A stretch of DNA of 62,271 bases, counting the filler, from Nemertoderma westbladi (lineage: Eukaryota; Animalia; Xenacoelomorpha): the NCBI GenBank assembly GCA_032718475.1. It is 3 parts of 3 records of this genome, joined end to end, with 100 filler letters (N's around TTAATTAATTAA, not from the genome) between each part and the next. Parts side by side here need not be neighbours in the genome. Positions count along the whole stretch, not along the records: positions 20,468 to 46,586 come from JAUCBJ010003257.1; 2 more parts are not named here. The stretch is one strand, 5' to 3'. Under the pieces are notes generated by a model that did not search any database, was not told the DNA's origin, and was given only the letters and a program-made list of their open reading frames with translations. How positions within the stretch are numbered: position 1 is the first letter of the stretch; each line of letters begins with the position of its first letter. Below, piece by piece: positions 25,692 to 39,437 of this stretch. The position numbers and the translations under genes are program-made.

Positions 25692-25811
25692 CGCCCAGAC
25701 TCGACAGGTCTTCTTCAGCCATCGTGCTGTCCTTCAGGAGGGGGGTGGTCGTCTGAAAGTCGTCACACCTCGACAACACAGCCTGGCCACTGACCGCCCA
25801 TCCACCCATGT
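25692..25811 (-). CDS. Candidate internal coding exon (120 bp, phase 1-1) of an unidentified gene
   Basis: Acceptor tttctacatgcag, donor G|GTAAGT, GC-rich island. Only one frame is open: (D)MGGWAVSGQAVLSRCDDFQTTTPLLKDSTMAEEDLSSLG. Confidence 0.5.
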
Positions 25812-26574
25812 CTGCATGTAGAAAGGCATACATTCTTGTCATATAATATTCTCCAGTCATTCTTAAACTTTTATTTCGCCTTTAACTAATAAAAATTAAA
25901 ACCAAATCCGTAACATGGTTATCCAATGTTATTTATCCTAATAATGCATCATCACTCTTCCAGCTAGGTATGTTTTGTAGCAGAACACAGGACATGCAGG
26001 AACAAGAGTACTTCCAGTAGTTCAGTACCGTATTCCTTCCTAGTCCAGTACTGCAGTAGGCCCTATTAATTTATAAATTCGGTCTACTTAATTTGGCATT
26101 ACCATTTACCATTGTAATACTGTACAGTACCGGTACTGTAAGAAGATTTGTTTAAGCAGATTTATTAGAACCACCATTGAAAACTTAAGAAATAATTACG
26201 TAAATCCAGCTGTAAATCAAATGCCAAATCATCGTTGCCTAGCTACGTATTCTCTCAATAATAATAGAAACCTGCAGCTGGGTGGATCTACTCAGCTGTA
26301 AGAATGTAAGAGGTAATGGAGAAGCATTGATGCCATGTGTTGCTGCTTTCTGTGGAATTATGCTTCAGAAATACCCCCCCCCCCTTGTCGTTAGCTGCAT
26401 CGATTTGCCCATGGAGAGGATAAATTACAATTTTATTTATTTTCTTACCGCCACTAATTGAATGCCACCCTAAATTAGATGATTTCACACCAAAATAAAT
26501 TATTTAACACCAAATATATTTTTTGTAGTACCAATTTACATCCCCAATTTTGAATATCTCTCTGCTCTCTCACC

Positions 26575-26592
26575 AAAAACAATTATTCACCC

Positions 26593-26624
<32 letters not shown>

Positions 26625-26788
26625 AATTCCCCCAAAAACAATTATTCATTCCCCAAAAACAATTATTCATCCCCTCAAAACAATTATTAACTCCCCCGAA
26701 AACAATTATTCATCCCCCAAAAAAAATTATTCATCCCCCAAAACAATTGTTAATTCTCCCGAAAACAATTATTCAATCTCCCTAAAAT
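26575..26788. repeat. ~22-bp tandem array AAAACAATTATTCATCCCCC, interrupted by a Helentron-type element
   Basis: About 8 degenerate units; resumes at ~28064-28085. Confidence 0.8.
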
Positions 26789-28062
26789 ACTAGAAAGGCA
26801 TTTCCTAAAGGAAATGCAACCACGAAGCTAAGGAAAATTAAACAAACGGCCACAATTTGGTTCGTTGCTTAGCCTAGTTTAGTAGCATTTGCCAATAAAT
26901 AACTTCTATTCCCATGGAAACTAGAGTTCTCTGGAACTGTTGGTTTTACCTTTGAAAAAAGATTCAGTCCAGATTGTTTTTCAGATAACACATCGAGTTT
27001 CAGAAAATATTGTAGTTTATGTCCAAATTACAGATTTTCTATCAAAATGCATCTGTTTGCAGTGGTTGTCATGGAAACTGAAAAATAGAACAATGTAATT
27101 CGGATGCAGAATAAGTCATATAGTGGGGGTAGGTGTTGGTCCCAAGTCATAATACTATTAAATTGTGCTTCAAATTATCATTTTATTAATTTTAACATCT
27201 GTTTACTCTTGTTGCTATGGTAAATGGATTTTCTAATTAACTTCGAACGGCTTGTATATGGACCTTATAGATGAGTTACAAAACCCCAAGTTTATATATA
27301 TTACAGTTTTGCTAGAAATAGAGTTATCAATATAGACTTGAATGATATAGAGTTTAAAAAACTACAGTTACCATGGTAACTAAATTTCTGGAATGATTTA
27401 AGTTTCACTAAAAGTTCCAACTAGTGGTGCAGATAACACATACCCAGTTTTGTAAAATTTTATCGCGAAGTCTATGTCCAAATGAATAATTTTTGTATAA
27501 AAACATCTGTTTTCGGCTGTTGTCATGGTAACTGAAAAATAGAACAATGTAATTCGGATGCAGAATAAGTTATATAGTGGGGGTAGGGGTTGGTCTCAAG
27601 TCATAACACCTTGCCCTTAGGCCTCAAATTATCATTTTATAAATTTTAACATCTGTTTATCCCGGTTGCCAACGTAACTGGATTTTCTATTTAGCCTCAA
27701 TCGGATCTGCTATGGACCTTATAGTTGTGTTGCAAAACCCCAAGTTTAAATCTATTATAGTTTTCCTACAAATAGAGTTATAAATATTGACTTGAAATAC
27801 ATAGACTTTTTTTGAAGTCCGTTGCCATGGAAACCAGATTTTTCCTGGATATGAGACCCGGCCCAAAAGATGCGCCTCGCCGAGTAGTATATACATGCAA
27901 AATTTCAGGGTACTTTTAAAGGCTAGTTTTTTCGCCTATCAAAAAACCCCAAATCTGCCTCACACAAGTAAAATAGCCCACTATGAATAGACCATCTCAG
28001 CTAAGGAAAATCTTTCTTAGCGAAAGTAGTTGATTTTCCTTAGCTTCGTGGAATTACTTGTC
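26789..28062 (-). mobile_element. Non-autonomous Helentron/HINE (DINE-1-like) element
   Basis: Sub-TIRs CCACGAAGCTAAGGAAAAT (26820-26838, inverted at 28033-28051). Extra internal IR at ~27999-28012. 3' hairpin GCATTTCCT-TT-AGGAAATGC followed by CTAG-T on the minus strand. Internal ~454-bp direct repeats. Confidence 0.72.
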
Positions 28063-28286
28063 AACCAAAAACAATTCTTCCAGCACCAAATATTTTATGG
28101 AAAATTTATTTATACAAATTCATTCATTATGTTTCCATAATTCAAACAAAATGTTTAATTATATTATACCGACGATCCTCGGGTGAGTACAAAACAAAGA
28201 CCAAAGACCCAAATATAAAGATCTGCATAATCTCGTAACATGTGTTAACTTTCGTTTATTGTTTTGGTTCTCCCAACACGCCTCTG

Positions 28287-28397
28287 TAACCTGCTCCTAT
28301 ACTAACCTGCTCTTTTTCTAACCTGCTCCTTTACTAACCTGCTCCTTTACTAACCTGCTCCTTTACAAACCTGATCCTTTACTAACCTGCTCCTTTA
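28287..28397. repeat. 16-bp tandem TAACCTGCTCCTTTAC within a dispersed repeat family
   Basis: About 7 units. The motif recurs at ~29390, ~29783 (inverted) and ~54970. Confidence 0.8.
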
Positions 28398-28689
28398 AAA
28401 GGCAATAGGACCTAACGCTCTTTGGGAACCAATGCGACTTAATATCTTAGTTTTGTACAGAACTGACAGTCTTTGGTCTTTGTTTTCTACTCACCTGACA
28501 ATGCTCGTACCAATAGTCTGCAACTGAGAGTCTGTAACTAAGAGTCTGATTATTTTCGTAGAATATTTGATTATTTTGGGGGAAGGTTCGGTTATTTATA
28601 GGAGCAGTAGAACTATGCTACTCGAAGACTACTCGCTATGGGAGCACTCTGAACCGCTAGGTTCTACTGTAACTTCCGAAGTCACCAAA

Positions 28690-28925
28690 TTTCTGGATGG
28701 CACGTAGGCCGAGCCGACGCAAGAATGCTATGCCTGGTTCATTGCGAATGCACCATGAACACATTTCAAACCCGACCTGGTAGAGCGTGTGTTTCATTTG
28801 TCCCCCAAGCTTGTCACTTGAATAGAGCCTCTTCACTTTGCAGGATATAAGGATGTTGCTTCCCCCGTGAGGACCAACCAGTGCACAATCTTGTACTTTG
28901 GCGGCCTCATGGAGTGAATAAGCGT
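28690..28925 (+). mobile_element. Degraded RTE fragment
   Basis: CCCCCAAGCTTG...CGTGAGGACCAACCAGTGCACAATCTTGTACTTTGGCGGCCTCATGGAGTGAATAAGC matches 53430-53546. Confidence 0.8.
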
Positions 28926-29099
28926 AATTACATTCCACTGGTTCTTTCATTGATATGGTTTACATTATTATTCAAGTTAATTAGTTTTCCAGATCTTTGA
29001 TATGATACCCGGAGAGAATTTATGCGGATTCTAAATAAATACATCCCTAGTCCATAATATCTCCGAACACACCACACATGTTGAATCCAATATATTGTA

Positions 29100-29682
29100 C
29101 CGGTGTAGCAGGAATATTTTACTGATGTTATTGTGTCCCCCAGGTCTCATTCTCTTCGGATATTTCGCCCCCCCCCCCCCCCCCCCCGGACATAAGCTCC
29201 TTAGTAGAATTTGCCTCCCCTCAAGATAATTCCCCCCCCCCCTCCCCCCCTCCCCCCCTCACCCCCCCCCCCCCCCCTCCATTTGTCAGAGCATCTAAAC
29301 CTACTCAACCAACTGAGCTACCCCGCCGTTCTGAATGAATGAAGAAATATAGTATCGTTTATTGTATTGGTTAGAAAAAACCGCCACTGTAACCTGCTCC
29401 TCTCCTTTAAATTACAGTACGAAATGGAAATCAAGTTTTGTCATTCATTTTCTCGTTTATGTTTTGGTTAGAATTATGGTTTTATTGTTTACCGGTTGGC
29501 CCTCAAACTGTACAACCGGACAATCTCATGGGGGCATAATCTCCTAAGACGGGGCATAATTTCCTAGGATATTTTTACTCGTGGGGCATATTCTTCTAGG
29601 ATATTTTGCCCGGGAGGGGGGCATAATCTCCTAGGTTACTTTGACCGGGGGGGGGGGGGGGCATATTTTCCTGCTACACCGG
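29100..29682. mobile_element. MITE with CCGGTGTAGCAGGA TIRs and 4-bp TSD
   Basis: TGTA|CCGGTGTAGCAGGA ... TCCTGCTACACCGG|TGTA. Subterminal GGGGCATA...CTAGG repeats. Confidence 0.75.
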
Positions 29683-32600
29683 TGTAGGAGGCACCTGGTA
29701 CTACCGTAGTATACAAAAGTCTAAATGTGATGAAAGTCCGAATAGGTAGAATTTAAAATGCTAAATTATCAATTTAGGGAAAGGAGCAGAGGTTACAGTT
29801 GCACGTTATTCTAACCAAAACAATAAACGAGAGTCAATAACCAGGTTACGGTTAAATTTTTGACATGACGAAGCGAAATAATTAGGAAGTGCTGTATGGC
29901 TAAACTGTAGCCGCTAGTTAGTACCAGTTGCCTAGGCGGTTAATACTACCATAGTACCTGATGCCTAGGAGGTTAATACGCTGGTCACAAACAATTACTG
30001 ACAAATGGAATCTCAAAAATTATTAAATTCAAGAACACGAGCAGATGGTAATTTCCAGCAACCGAAGTAAAATCTACTTTTATTATTATAGGAAATTAAC
30101 GGTGGGGTAATAATCCAATGCATTTTAACTTATTTTCCACCGGGGGCCAGTGTTTTCATACGTACACTTTTCGTGCCACAAATTTACAGCCACATGGAAT
30201 ATTATGAATATTTTGTTTATTTTATTTTACAATTGGAAGCTTTAGGCATACTACCTGCCGTGCCACATGTTTACCTATACTGTATACTTGTCGGTTTTGT
30301 GTCAATCATATACGGGTTGACGCCGCCCACTTCAATACAACCCTTGTATAAAGTGTCTTTACAGACCTTTCTTTATTTAAATCTTTCAGACCTTGTTCTA
30401 TTCTATTCTTGCCCGCCGCATTACGTTTTTGGATTAACCTGACTTATGAGATAGCGGTTTGGTGTGTAATACCCAATAAGTATTCCTCTGAAGTATTCTG
30501 TGCAGAGTATGTTCCCGAACTGGTTTTAATTTTTTTCCAATTCAAATTTCACCTGGAGCAGATTTTTATCAAGATTCCTAATTTGAAAACTGTTTAGCAA
30601 GATCTCTTTTTTCTCGATATATTGCTGTATGTCAACATATATCCGACAGCCTGACAGTGAGACAAACAATTTGGAAGATATCAAATGTTTAAACTGATAC
30701 TCGAAATTGATCCTGCGCCTACGACTAGGAAAACCCCTATATCTACAAATTTAGTGGCTTTTCCTTGTATTTTGAAGGACAGACTGTTGGACAGTCAGAT
30801 AGGCCGACAGACAAACTTGATTTGATTAAAAGCGAAAACTGACCTCAGAAATTAATTTAGCGACCTGGAAAACTCCCACACCAAAAATGTTACCATGGTT
30901 TTCAGGTTTTGTGCTTTCTTGTTGCCACATATAACATTGGTAGATATTCGTACATATTAACAGACTGATTTTGTCCGCGATGGTTCAAACTTTAAAGGGG
31001 GGTTTACTAATTGCGAAAAAAAACAGATTTTTAATTTTCAATCCTCACGTGGGGCAGATTTTTATGAGGATTCCAAAACTTCGAACCGGTTGTTAATAGC
31101 TAATGTAGTTTAAAAGTTATGAGTGATAATGTTAACCTTACTCTGTGTGTAACTGTCTGTGTAAAGCTGTCTGTCTGGGATTGTGTTTCTGTCTCGGTTT
31201 GTCTGTCAGATTATAACAAAAGCAAGCTTCATTCTGAGTTAAATGTTTTGTTATAGGGGGTTTCCTGGTCGCTGATGTAATTCCAAACGCCCATTTTCAC
31301 TTTTAACGAAAACGATTATGTCTCTATCTGTCTGTCTGTCTGTCAAAATATAATGACTTCATACTAAAATGTTTTTGTTGTGGTTTTCTTGGTCACTGAT
31401 TTCAATTGCGAAGACAGTTTTCATTTTTAGCGAAGTATATTATGTCTGTCTGTTGGTCTGTCTGTATGTCCGTCTGTCTGTCTGTCAAAATATAAGGAAC
31501 TCATTCAAACTAGCTAAAAGTTTAGTTATAACGGTAGGGGTTATCCCGGTTGCCAAAATCATTTCTGACGTCAGTTTTTAACAAAACCTACTATGTCTAT
31601 ATGGCTGTCTGTAATAGGCTGACATACCAACTAGCAAAAGAATTTGTTATGGAGGTTTTCAAGGGTGCTGAATTAATTTCCGATGTCAGTTTTCGTATGT
31701 CTCGTCATCCACATTATCTGTTCAGCTGTCGGTTATATTTTGACGGACAGACAGTTTTGACAGACTGACGCAATTTTTCGACCAATTTGATTTTTTTGTA
31801 GTCACCTTATGAGATGTTTACTCACACCTTTGTGGTGGTTGCGGACAAATAGGAAATATTTAAAAGAAAATATATTATTTGATAACAAAACTTTATTAAG
31901 AGGTTGATATGGTGTCTCAAGTTGCGGTTTTTTTTAATAAACTTGACGTGATGAACTCAGGTATGGAACATAAATGATAAGTTGAGTTTAGTTGTAAGCT
32001 AAATTAAAATTATTTAATTACATTCAGTTAGTTTACAGGGTTGCATTACTTATATCGTTACATTAACATTTATTATTCACGAATATTTTTATATATAGTT
32101 TATATTTCAGAAAATGTTCAAATAACTGCGGGGCGTAAAGCAATTGGCTCAAATCACAGAATTGTGACTGCAGATGCCGACTCAGTTTGACAGCCAGCAA
32201 ACCCAAACACTGCACAAGCAAGCGAACCAATTACGACTAGAACAAACTGATAATGCAGTACTAACTGTAAAGGATGCGTTCGACTGTTCGAGAACTTCTA
32301 CTACAATCAATAATTTATGTAAACCAGCCCGCCGATTCTATGAGAATAATTATGAAATCCCACAAGAATCTGCGAAGAAACATTTTCCCAGAAACCCGAA
32401 CGTAACCAATGTGGATTGTATGGAATGCACACAAACTAATTTATTGAGTAATATAACTTTTAACATAACATTATTGTTGTGCATTGATTGATAATAATTT
32501 TTCTTTATATATGGAAGTTTTAGATGTCACTATGTATATATACGTATGTATATATATGTCAATATGTTTATAATATATATATATATGTCACGACTGCCAT

Positions 32601-32742
32601 TATGTGGCTAAACCTGATGTGCGAAACCCTGGCGAAAATAACAAACTAATTGCGGAAGATTATTTGATACGCATTTCAATACAATATTTATATACAACAT
32701 ATGAAATAAATATGTATCACAATGTGTCACTTTAAATTGTGG

Positions 32743-33081
32743 ACAGTAACAATGTGTTGGCAAGCTGATTTTTTCGAAGTGTTTGTTATTATACATTTAT
32801 TATAGGAAGGGATCTAGGGGTCTTAACCTCGAATGATAAGTTTATTTTAACGAAAATAACTTATCTTTTATTGGCGCAATTGTAGGACTAATCCCATCAC
32901 ATGCATACTTTTTAACTGGATAGTGTACAAATTTAGGGATCGCGTAATTTTTTATTGAAATTAATATCACATATCTCATATCTTATGTATCAATTGCGTC
33001 AATAAAAGATAAGTTATTTTCGGTAAAATAAACTTATCATTCGAGGTTAAGACCCCTAGATCCCTTCCTATAAAATGTATA
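32743..33081. mobile_element. tRNA-hammerhead repeat family, truncated copy with inversion
   Basis: Matches 44915-44967 plus 44556-44735, then an inverted segment. 14-bp TSD ACTTTAAATTGTGG at 32729-32742 and 33082-33095. Confidence 0.85.
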
Positions 33082-33230
33082 ACTTTAAATTGTGGGACAT
33101 AACAAACAGAATCTGAAAAGTTTTTAAATAAAAACGCTGAGGAAATTCTAAATTTTAAAATATTATCTAGACGTTGCTATGGTAAATGAGATAAGTTAAT
33201 GTTCAGAAAATATAGTTACACTCTAGTTCC

Positions 33231-33882
33231 ACTACTACTACTACTATTATCGGCATGCTGCATTGCAGCTGCATTTTTAAGAATGCTGTGCCGGCTTGTC
33301 GACAAAATTGCGCCGCCACAACTCCCTATCACCCTTGACATTTGCTAGATCATCCGCATCTTCAAGGCCGGTGTCCTTTAAGATGCGTCTCAAGAAAGTC
33401 ATGGGCTGTCCACCATGCTTATTCACTCCATGAGGCTGCCAAAGTACAAGATTATGCACTGGCTGGTCCTCACGGTGAAAGCAATGTCCTGCAAAGCGGA
33501 GGCGATTTTGTTCTAGTGTCAAGCTTGGGGGAACCAATGAGACACCTCCAATGTTATATAGTGTCTGGTTGGAGATGTGTGCATTGTACTTGACACAATG
33601 AACCCGGCGTAGCATTCTTGTGAATGTGCCATCCAGAGATTTGGTGTCCTCAGCAGTTAGAGCCCAGCATGGACTCCCATAGAGGAGTACTGGAACTACT
33701 GCTGCTCTAAATAATCGGACCTTAAGTTTCCGATTAATTCTCGGTGACTTCCAAATCCTGGAAAGCCTATTCAAGGCTGCCCATGCCTTTCCCTTACGTA
33801 TTCGAAGGTCCTCACCTGACTTCCGGATCCATGATCCCAGGTATAACAGAAGTCGTCCACATGCTCAAGCATACCATCTTTT
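33231..33882 (-). mobile_element. 5'-truncated RTE LINE
   Basis: ORF 33277-33774 is nearly identical to 53191-53685. (TAC)n tail. Confidence 0.93.
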
Positions 33883-35420
33883 GAACCCTAGTTCCAAGAT
33901 CCAATGGCCTAGGCCTACTCGATTTAACTTGGATCAAAAACTTCATAGCAAAATTCCCAAATAAAGTTGCTTTATCACCATTTTTCCTGGTTGCTATGCT
34001 ACCCCGGTTCACCATTTTCCAGGTTGATATGCTACCCCGGTTCTAAAACTATCTTCCCAAAGGGTAAACAATTTATCCAACTGTGGTTTTTCAAACTATC
34101 TTGCAATACCGATAAATTCAGAAAAATATTTTTCGGCTGTAAGTCCCGCCCATGTGAAGAATACCATTTTATATATGAAGATTTTTAATTTTTTTAAATT
34201 TATCTTTATTAAGTGTTTTATAGTGCTTATTTCTGTCGTATAACCTGTATAGATACTTATTCGTTTATTGTTTTGGTTAGATTCAGCCCTTCTGTAACCT
34301 ATGTTTTTGGTGAAACCTGGTATTCCTACCTGATAAGATCTTTATCTTATCTATATCGTAATCTGGTAACTGCAAAGTGAAATATAGCGGAAGAAAGTCT
34401 GGTATTCTTCACATGGGCTGTAAGTTCAGTATTCATGGTAGTTTGATTGTAAATCTGATTTCAGTGTGCCTTTTTACGGCATGACAGATTTTAAAAATAT
34501 TTTAACAGTGATGTTATTTCACCAATCCAATACGTATTGACTGATTGATAAAAAAATAAAAAGATTGCCTCCAGGGTTATGATATATTATTGTCCATTAA
34601 GTGTATGTTTAGTACAGTTTAGGCCCCCATTTCATGGGTAGCATCTTATTTTGGCCATAACTTCGCAGGTTTTGATCCCAAGTAGTTTATTTTGGGCTCA
34701 TTCTGTTCGGAATATAACGATTTTATTCTAAGGAAATTGTATTATTTTTTATTATTCAACAAAGCACTGTCACTTTTAATAAAATCTAGTTTGTCTGTAT
34801 GTCTGTCTGTCGGTCTGACTAACCGGCAATCTGTCATTCAAATATAATAAAAGGGAACACAATCTAGCTAAAAGTTTAGCTATTGGGGTTTTCCTGTTCG
34901 CAGAATTAATTTCCAGGGTCAGTTTTAACATTTGATGAATTCCAAATTGTCTGTCGGCGCTGTCGGTTATATTTTGACGGACAGACTGACAACAGACAGA
35001 AAGGATAATGACAAATTTGGATAATGGCACCAGGAATGAAGTCACCGACCACGAAATTCCGTATAGGGAATTTTTTTAGACAGATAGTATGCTTTTTATT
35101 GACAGACAAACATACAAACGGACAGAACGACAGTCAAATGGGCAGAAAGCCATATCTTGAGCAAAAGTAAGAGAGATCTTGCTAAACGGTTTTCCAATTT
35201 GAAATCTTGATATTAAATTGTAAGAAAAAATGTGAAAGATAATTTTGAAGGGGGGGGGGGGGGGGGGGGTGCAATTACGTTGCTAACGGCAATTACGTAT
35301 CAAATTCATCCAAATCTTTGTATTTCTGTAATTAGTATCGGATTCGCGCAATGTTAAATAAACGAATTTCCTTTCATTGATATGTTTGCTTAAATATGGT
35401 TGAAAGTTTCATTAGCAACT

Positions 35421-35778
35421 TATAGTAAGGGATCTAGGGGTCTTAACCTCGAATGATAAGTTTATTTTACCGAAAATAACTTATCTTTTATTGGCGCAAT
35501 TGTAGGACTAATCCCATCACATGTGTACTTTTTAACCGGGTAGTGTACAAATTTAGGAATCGCGTAATGTTTATTGAAATTAATATCTTATATCTCTCCA
35601 AACCACGCACGCGTTTCGAACTTACTGGGTCTCTTCAGCAAGGGTGGTGTAGGATTCGAACCTGAGACCTCGAGGTGGAAGCCAAGACAACAACCAGTCT
35701 AGAGGTTAAGACCCTTAGATCCCTTCCTATAAATAACAAACACCTCGAAAAACACAGCTTGCCAACACATTGTTACTA
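35421..35778. mobile_element. tRNA-hammerhead repeat family copy with inversion and degenerate hammerhead (35602-35648, minus)
   Basis: 12-bp TSD TCATTAGCAACT (35409-35420 / 35779-35790). Minus strand reads GGTTCGAATCC...CTGAAGA-GACC-CAGTAA-GTTC-GAAACGCGTG. Inverted segment from ~35701. Confidence 0.88.
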
Positions 35779-36277
35779 TCATTAGCAACTAACAGACAAC
35801 ATGTAGCTATTGCAACATGTAGCATTGAAACATGTGGCAACATATAGCATTGAAAAGGTAAAGTAGGATTATTGGAAACGAGTGAACTAATTTATCATAA
35901 TCACTGCAGATGACAGCGGCAGCGCTAGTGAGACTGATGGAGATTAATTAATTGTTGGTCGATCCGATTAGGCAATAATACAGTTATATCTAACTTTATC
36001 TGTTCTTATTATATTAAATCCCACCAATAATTAAAAAGTACTTCCAACCACAATGGCTGTCTGTTACGACAAATGTAATAAGTTTCCAATAGGAAACATT
36101 AACAAGACATATTTGATGAAATTTTATGACATCTTACTAAACATTATTACGATTCCAATAATAATTCCTGAAAAAACAACGATTTTGATACATTTTAGAC
36201 GGACCGGTAATTATTGCAATGCCGCTATATACTGTACCTCTAAACCCTCACATTTTTGAAATCAGCAATAAAGCAGC

Positions 36278-36545
36278 CCGTCAATAACCCTCAATACAAC
36301 ATACTGTTGTTCAATGGCCAGTTTGCCAATAACCCTCAATACAACATACTGTTGTTCAATGGCCAGCCCGCCAATAACCCTCAATACAACATACTGTTGT
36401 TCAATGGCCAGCCCGCCAATAACCCTCAATACAACATACTGTTGTTCAATGGCCAGTTTGCCAATAACCCTCAATACAACATACTGTTGTTCAATGGCCA
36501 GCCCGCCAATAACCCTCAATACAACATACTGTTGTTCAATGACCA
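36278..36545. repeat. 42-bp tandem repeat, ~6.5 copies
   Basis: Unit CAATAACCCTCAATACAACATACTGTTGTTCAATGGCCAG(CCC/TTT)G. Partial copy at 45829-45973. Confidence 0.95.
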
Positions 36546-39437
36546 ACCCAGCGGGGGGGGGGTGTGGAATTACTTTTAAATGACTAATAAATAAATATAC
36601 AAATTACTATTAAATGATATGTGGACGGTCAGGAAAAATATAATAGGAATACAATTTAACCGTAATATGTAAATAACACAAAAGCTATCAATATTATAAA
36701 AAACGATGTATCTTGCATCTCAGTTAACATCGGTAATGAATCGTGTATCATGCCTACTCTAGTGTGGGCGGGTCTAGAGTGCGAATTCTCGAATATTGAA
36801 ACACAACTTTTCAAACATTTTTTTCACTTTTTTTTAATTAGAAAAAGTAATAAAATTGGAATAGGCGTTGACTTCATTTGTGTTTCAAATTTCAAACAAT
36901 AAGATGAAGATTTGTAGTTAACAATATTCAAGTGTTATCAGAAAATATACGTATAGTACGGGTCAGGGTGTATACAAATTGTATTGAATACTGAAGGTCG
37001 CCAGTTCGATCCCACCTGGACGTCAATGTCGACTTTGATTGGTTTCACATTATTGTAATTTTCGTTTAAAAAGAATAACTCAGCATTCACACAATATATC
37101 CATAGCAATAATAATTACAAATATTCAAGTCGTATTTCTCATTGGCAATTCTAGGTCAACACAATTTTCTACCATGCATAATAAACTCCAGAATTTTGGG
37201 CAATATAAGATGTCTACCGACTCCATAGAAAGGAGTGAGTATCTGGCTGACACTTATTTGTCTGCACATACCATACCAGTACAATTAATGCGAAGGAATT
37301 TCGCCTAATTGCACAACACTTTAATATTTTATTTAATTGTGCCACGGTTATAATAATTACATTCCATTTCACAATATATTATGAACATCTAAAGCCACGC
37401 CGTAATGTTAACAATTAATATGTTTGGCAATAATATGTGTCTAAGGCTTAGCTCTTTAGTCTTTATATAACTAAATTCTCAATTGTAGACACCCTATGAA
37501 AGGAACCGTGCATTTATCCTTTACATACACGGCTCACTGGCTCTATTTAACTACTTTTGGCTTGGGATTCGGGGGTAATTATATATTGTTTCAATCAATA
37601 AATTCCGTGTTTCTAGATTCATATTGACATACTAGTCACAATCTATCTGGGCCCAACCCGTTCCGTTGTCATAGAAATGAAATAATAAATATACACATTC
37701 GATCAATGTTATTCAGTGATAGAATATATTGCACAGTGCACAAACATTAATATAATGAATAGACAATAAACGATGAACGAAACTAATCTACAGCTTCACG
37801 ACTAATCTTATAAATAACGTATAAACAAATTGCAAAGTACGATATAAATAAAGGAGCGATATCTGAGACATTTAATAAGTTAGGTTACAAACTATAAAAA
37901 CATATTTATAATACCGGTAGTTAATATTTTGATATTTACACGGAATTCTTCAAACAAACCTAAACTAGCGCCTGAAATTAATAAATCACATGTAATCTTT
38001 CGATATATATATATTGCATACTTAGCATAAAGCGACGGCGAAGCATTCTATTATTACCCAATATTATATACCACCTGTATCCAATAGCAATTTAAACAAA
38101 TCCAACTGCAACAAACCAATAATTACACTATCTAAAGATTCCCTTTAAATAAAATCGTCCCTCCGTAACTCAATATAGTGGCAGAATTATACTTTTCAAC
38201 TAGCAAGAAAGCTACTCTTGACACTGGCAAAGTCTGAACATTGGTATGTTTGTGGCAAATAAACACATATTTAAGCACCAAAAAATAAGCCACTTCGAAA
38301 TTAATGCAAATAACAATTAAATCAATTTAACGTTTATTGTGAGGGAGAACTAAAAATTACATTGTAAAGCATTTAAGCAGGATAGACGGACGAATAGTTA
38401 ATGTAATGTAAACAAACGTTGTTAACCTGGACAGTGTGACAAAATATAAGAAATTTACAAATATTTGTATACAGACACATATTTTATATATTTATTTTTA
38501 TAACCACAATAATAAATACAGTTGAACGTGATAATGATAAGGTGAAAAAATAGTTAATTACTCAACTTAATTAAGATATTAAAGAGATAATAATTATCTG
38601 GTGTGTCAAAGTATCTTTTGAAATTGATAGAGAATCCATTCCCCATATAATTAGTGATTTGGTTTAAGTTAAGTTATATACAGTTAGATAATATACCGGT
38701 ACTCTGTATATATAATATATATATACTGCTACAATAAAAGTTGCTTTAAGACTAAGAAATGAAGTTATTCTGCCTAAATCTAGCACCATATATATTATTT
38801 ACACAGTATGGATAAAGGGAAGCCATCTTTTAATTTTTAACACTTCCAACACAACACACTTACCTAACAACTACATAAACATTATTGTTATCAATAACTA
38901 AATGCACCAGAATTAAATAAACAACATAATCTGCAGATTATAATATATACATTATTCACACCTAGTTCTCTCTATATATTATTATATTACATCTGGTATG
39001 TAATCACGGCCTTCAATTTACCGCAAGTGGTATAACGGATTAACAGATACAATGACCAATATACATACCGGTATGTAATTTTGTAATTTATGAGTCCATG
39101 CCGCGTAGTATAAAATAAGATAAAATAATATACCGTACATAACTTGAACCATGAAATTCGTTAATAATAAAACAGCTATATATTGATTATAAGTTACAAC
39201 ATAAACCCATTTAATTATTCATAAAATTTTATAAACTGAAATATTTTTCCGAATATTCTTTTACTTTTCATTTTTTAAAGCCTAAAAAGCAAGGCAAACA
39301 TCAAAACAAAGAAGGAAAAAGATATAGACCGGTATATAATATAATTAAAATAAACACAGGCGACACTGAATTCGATAAAATCGTAAACGCTATTCAAACT
39401 AAAGTGATTACTAAAGGCACTCAGCCAGAGTTACATA

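Noticed and set aside
36256-36583. Repeat-protein ORFs (NNPQYNILLFNGQ; also GELGASPERS at 59800-60099)
   Set aside because: Open in several frames because unit length is a multiple of three; no splice or domain support.
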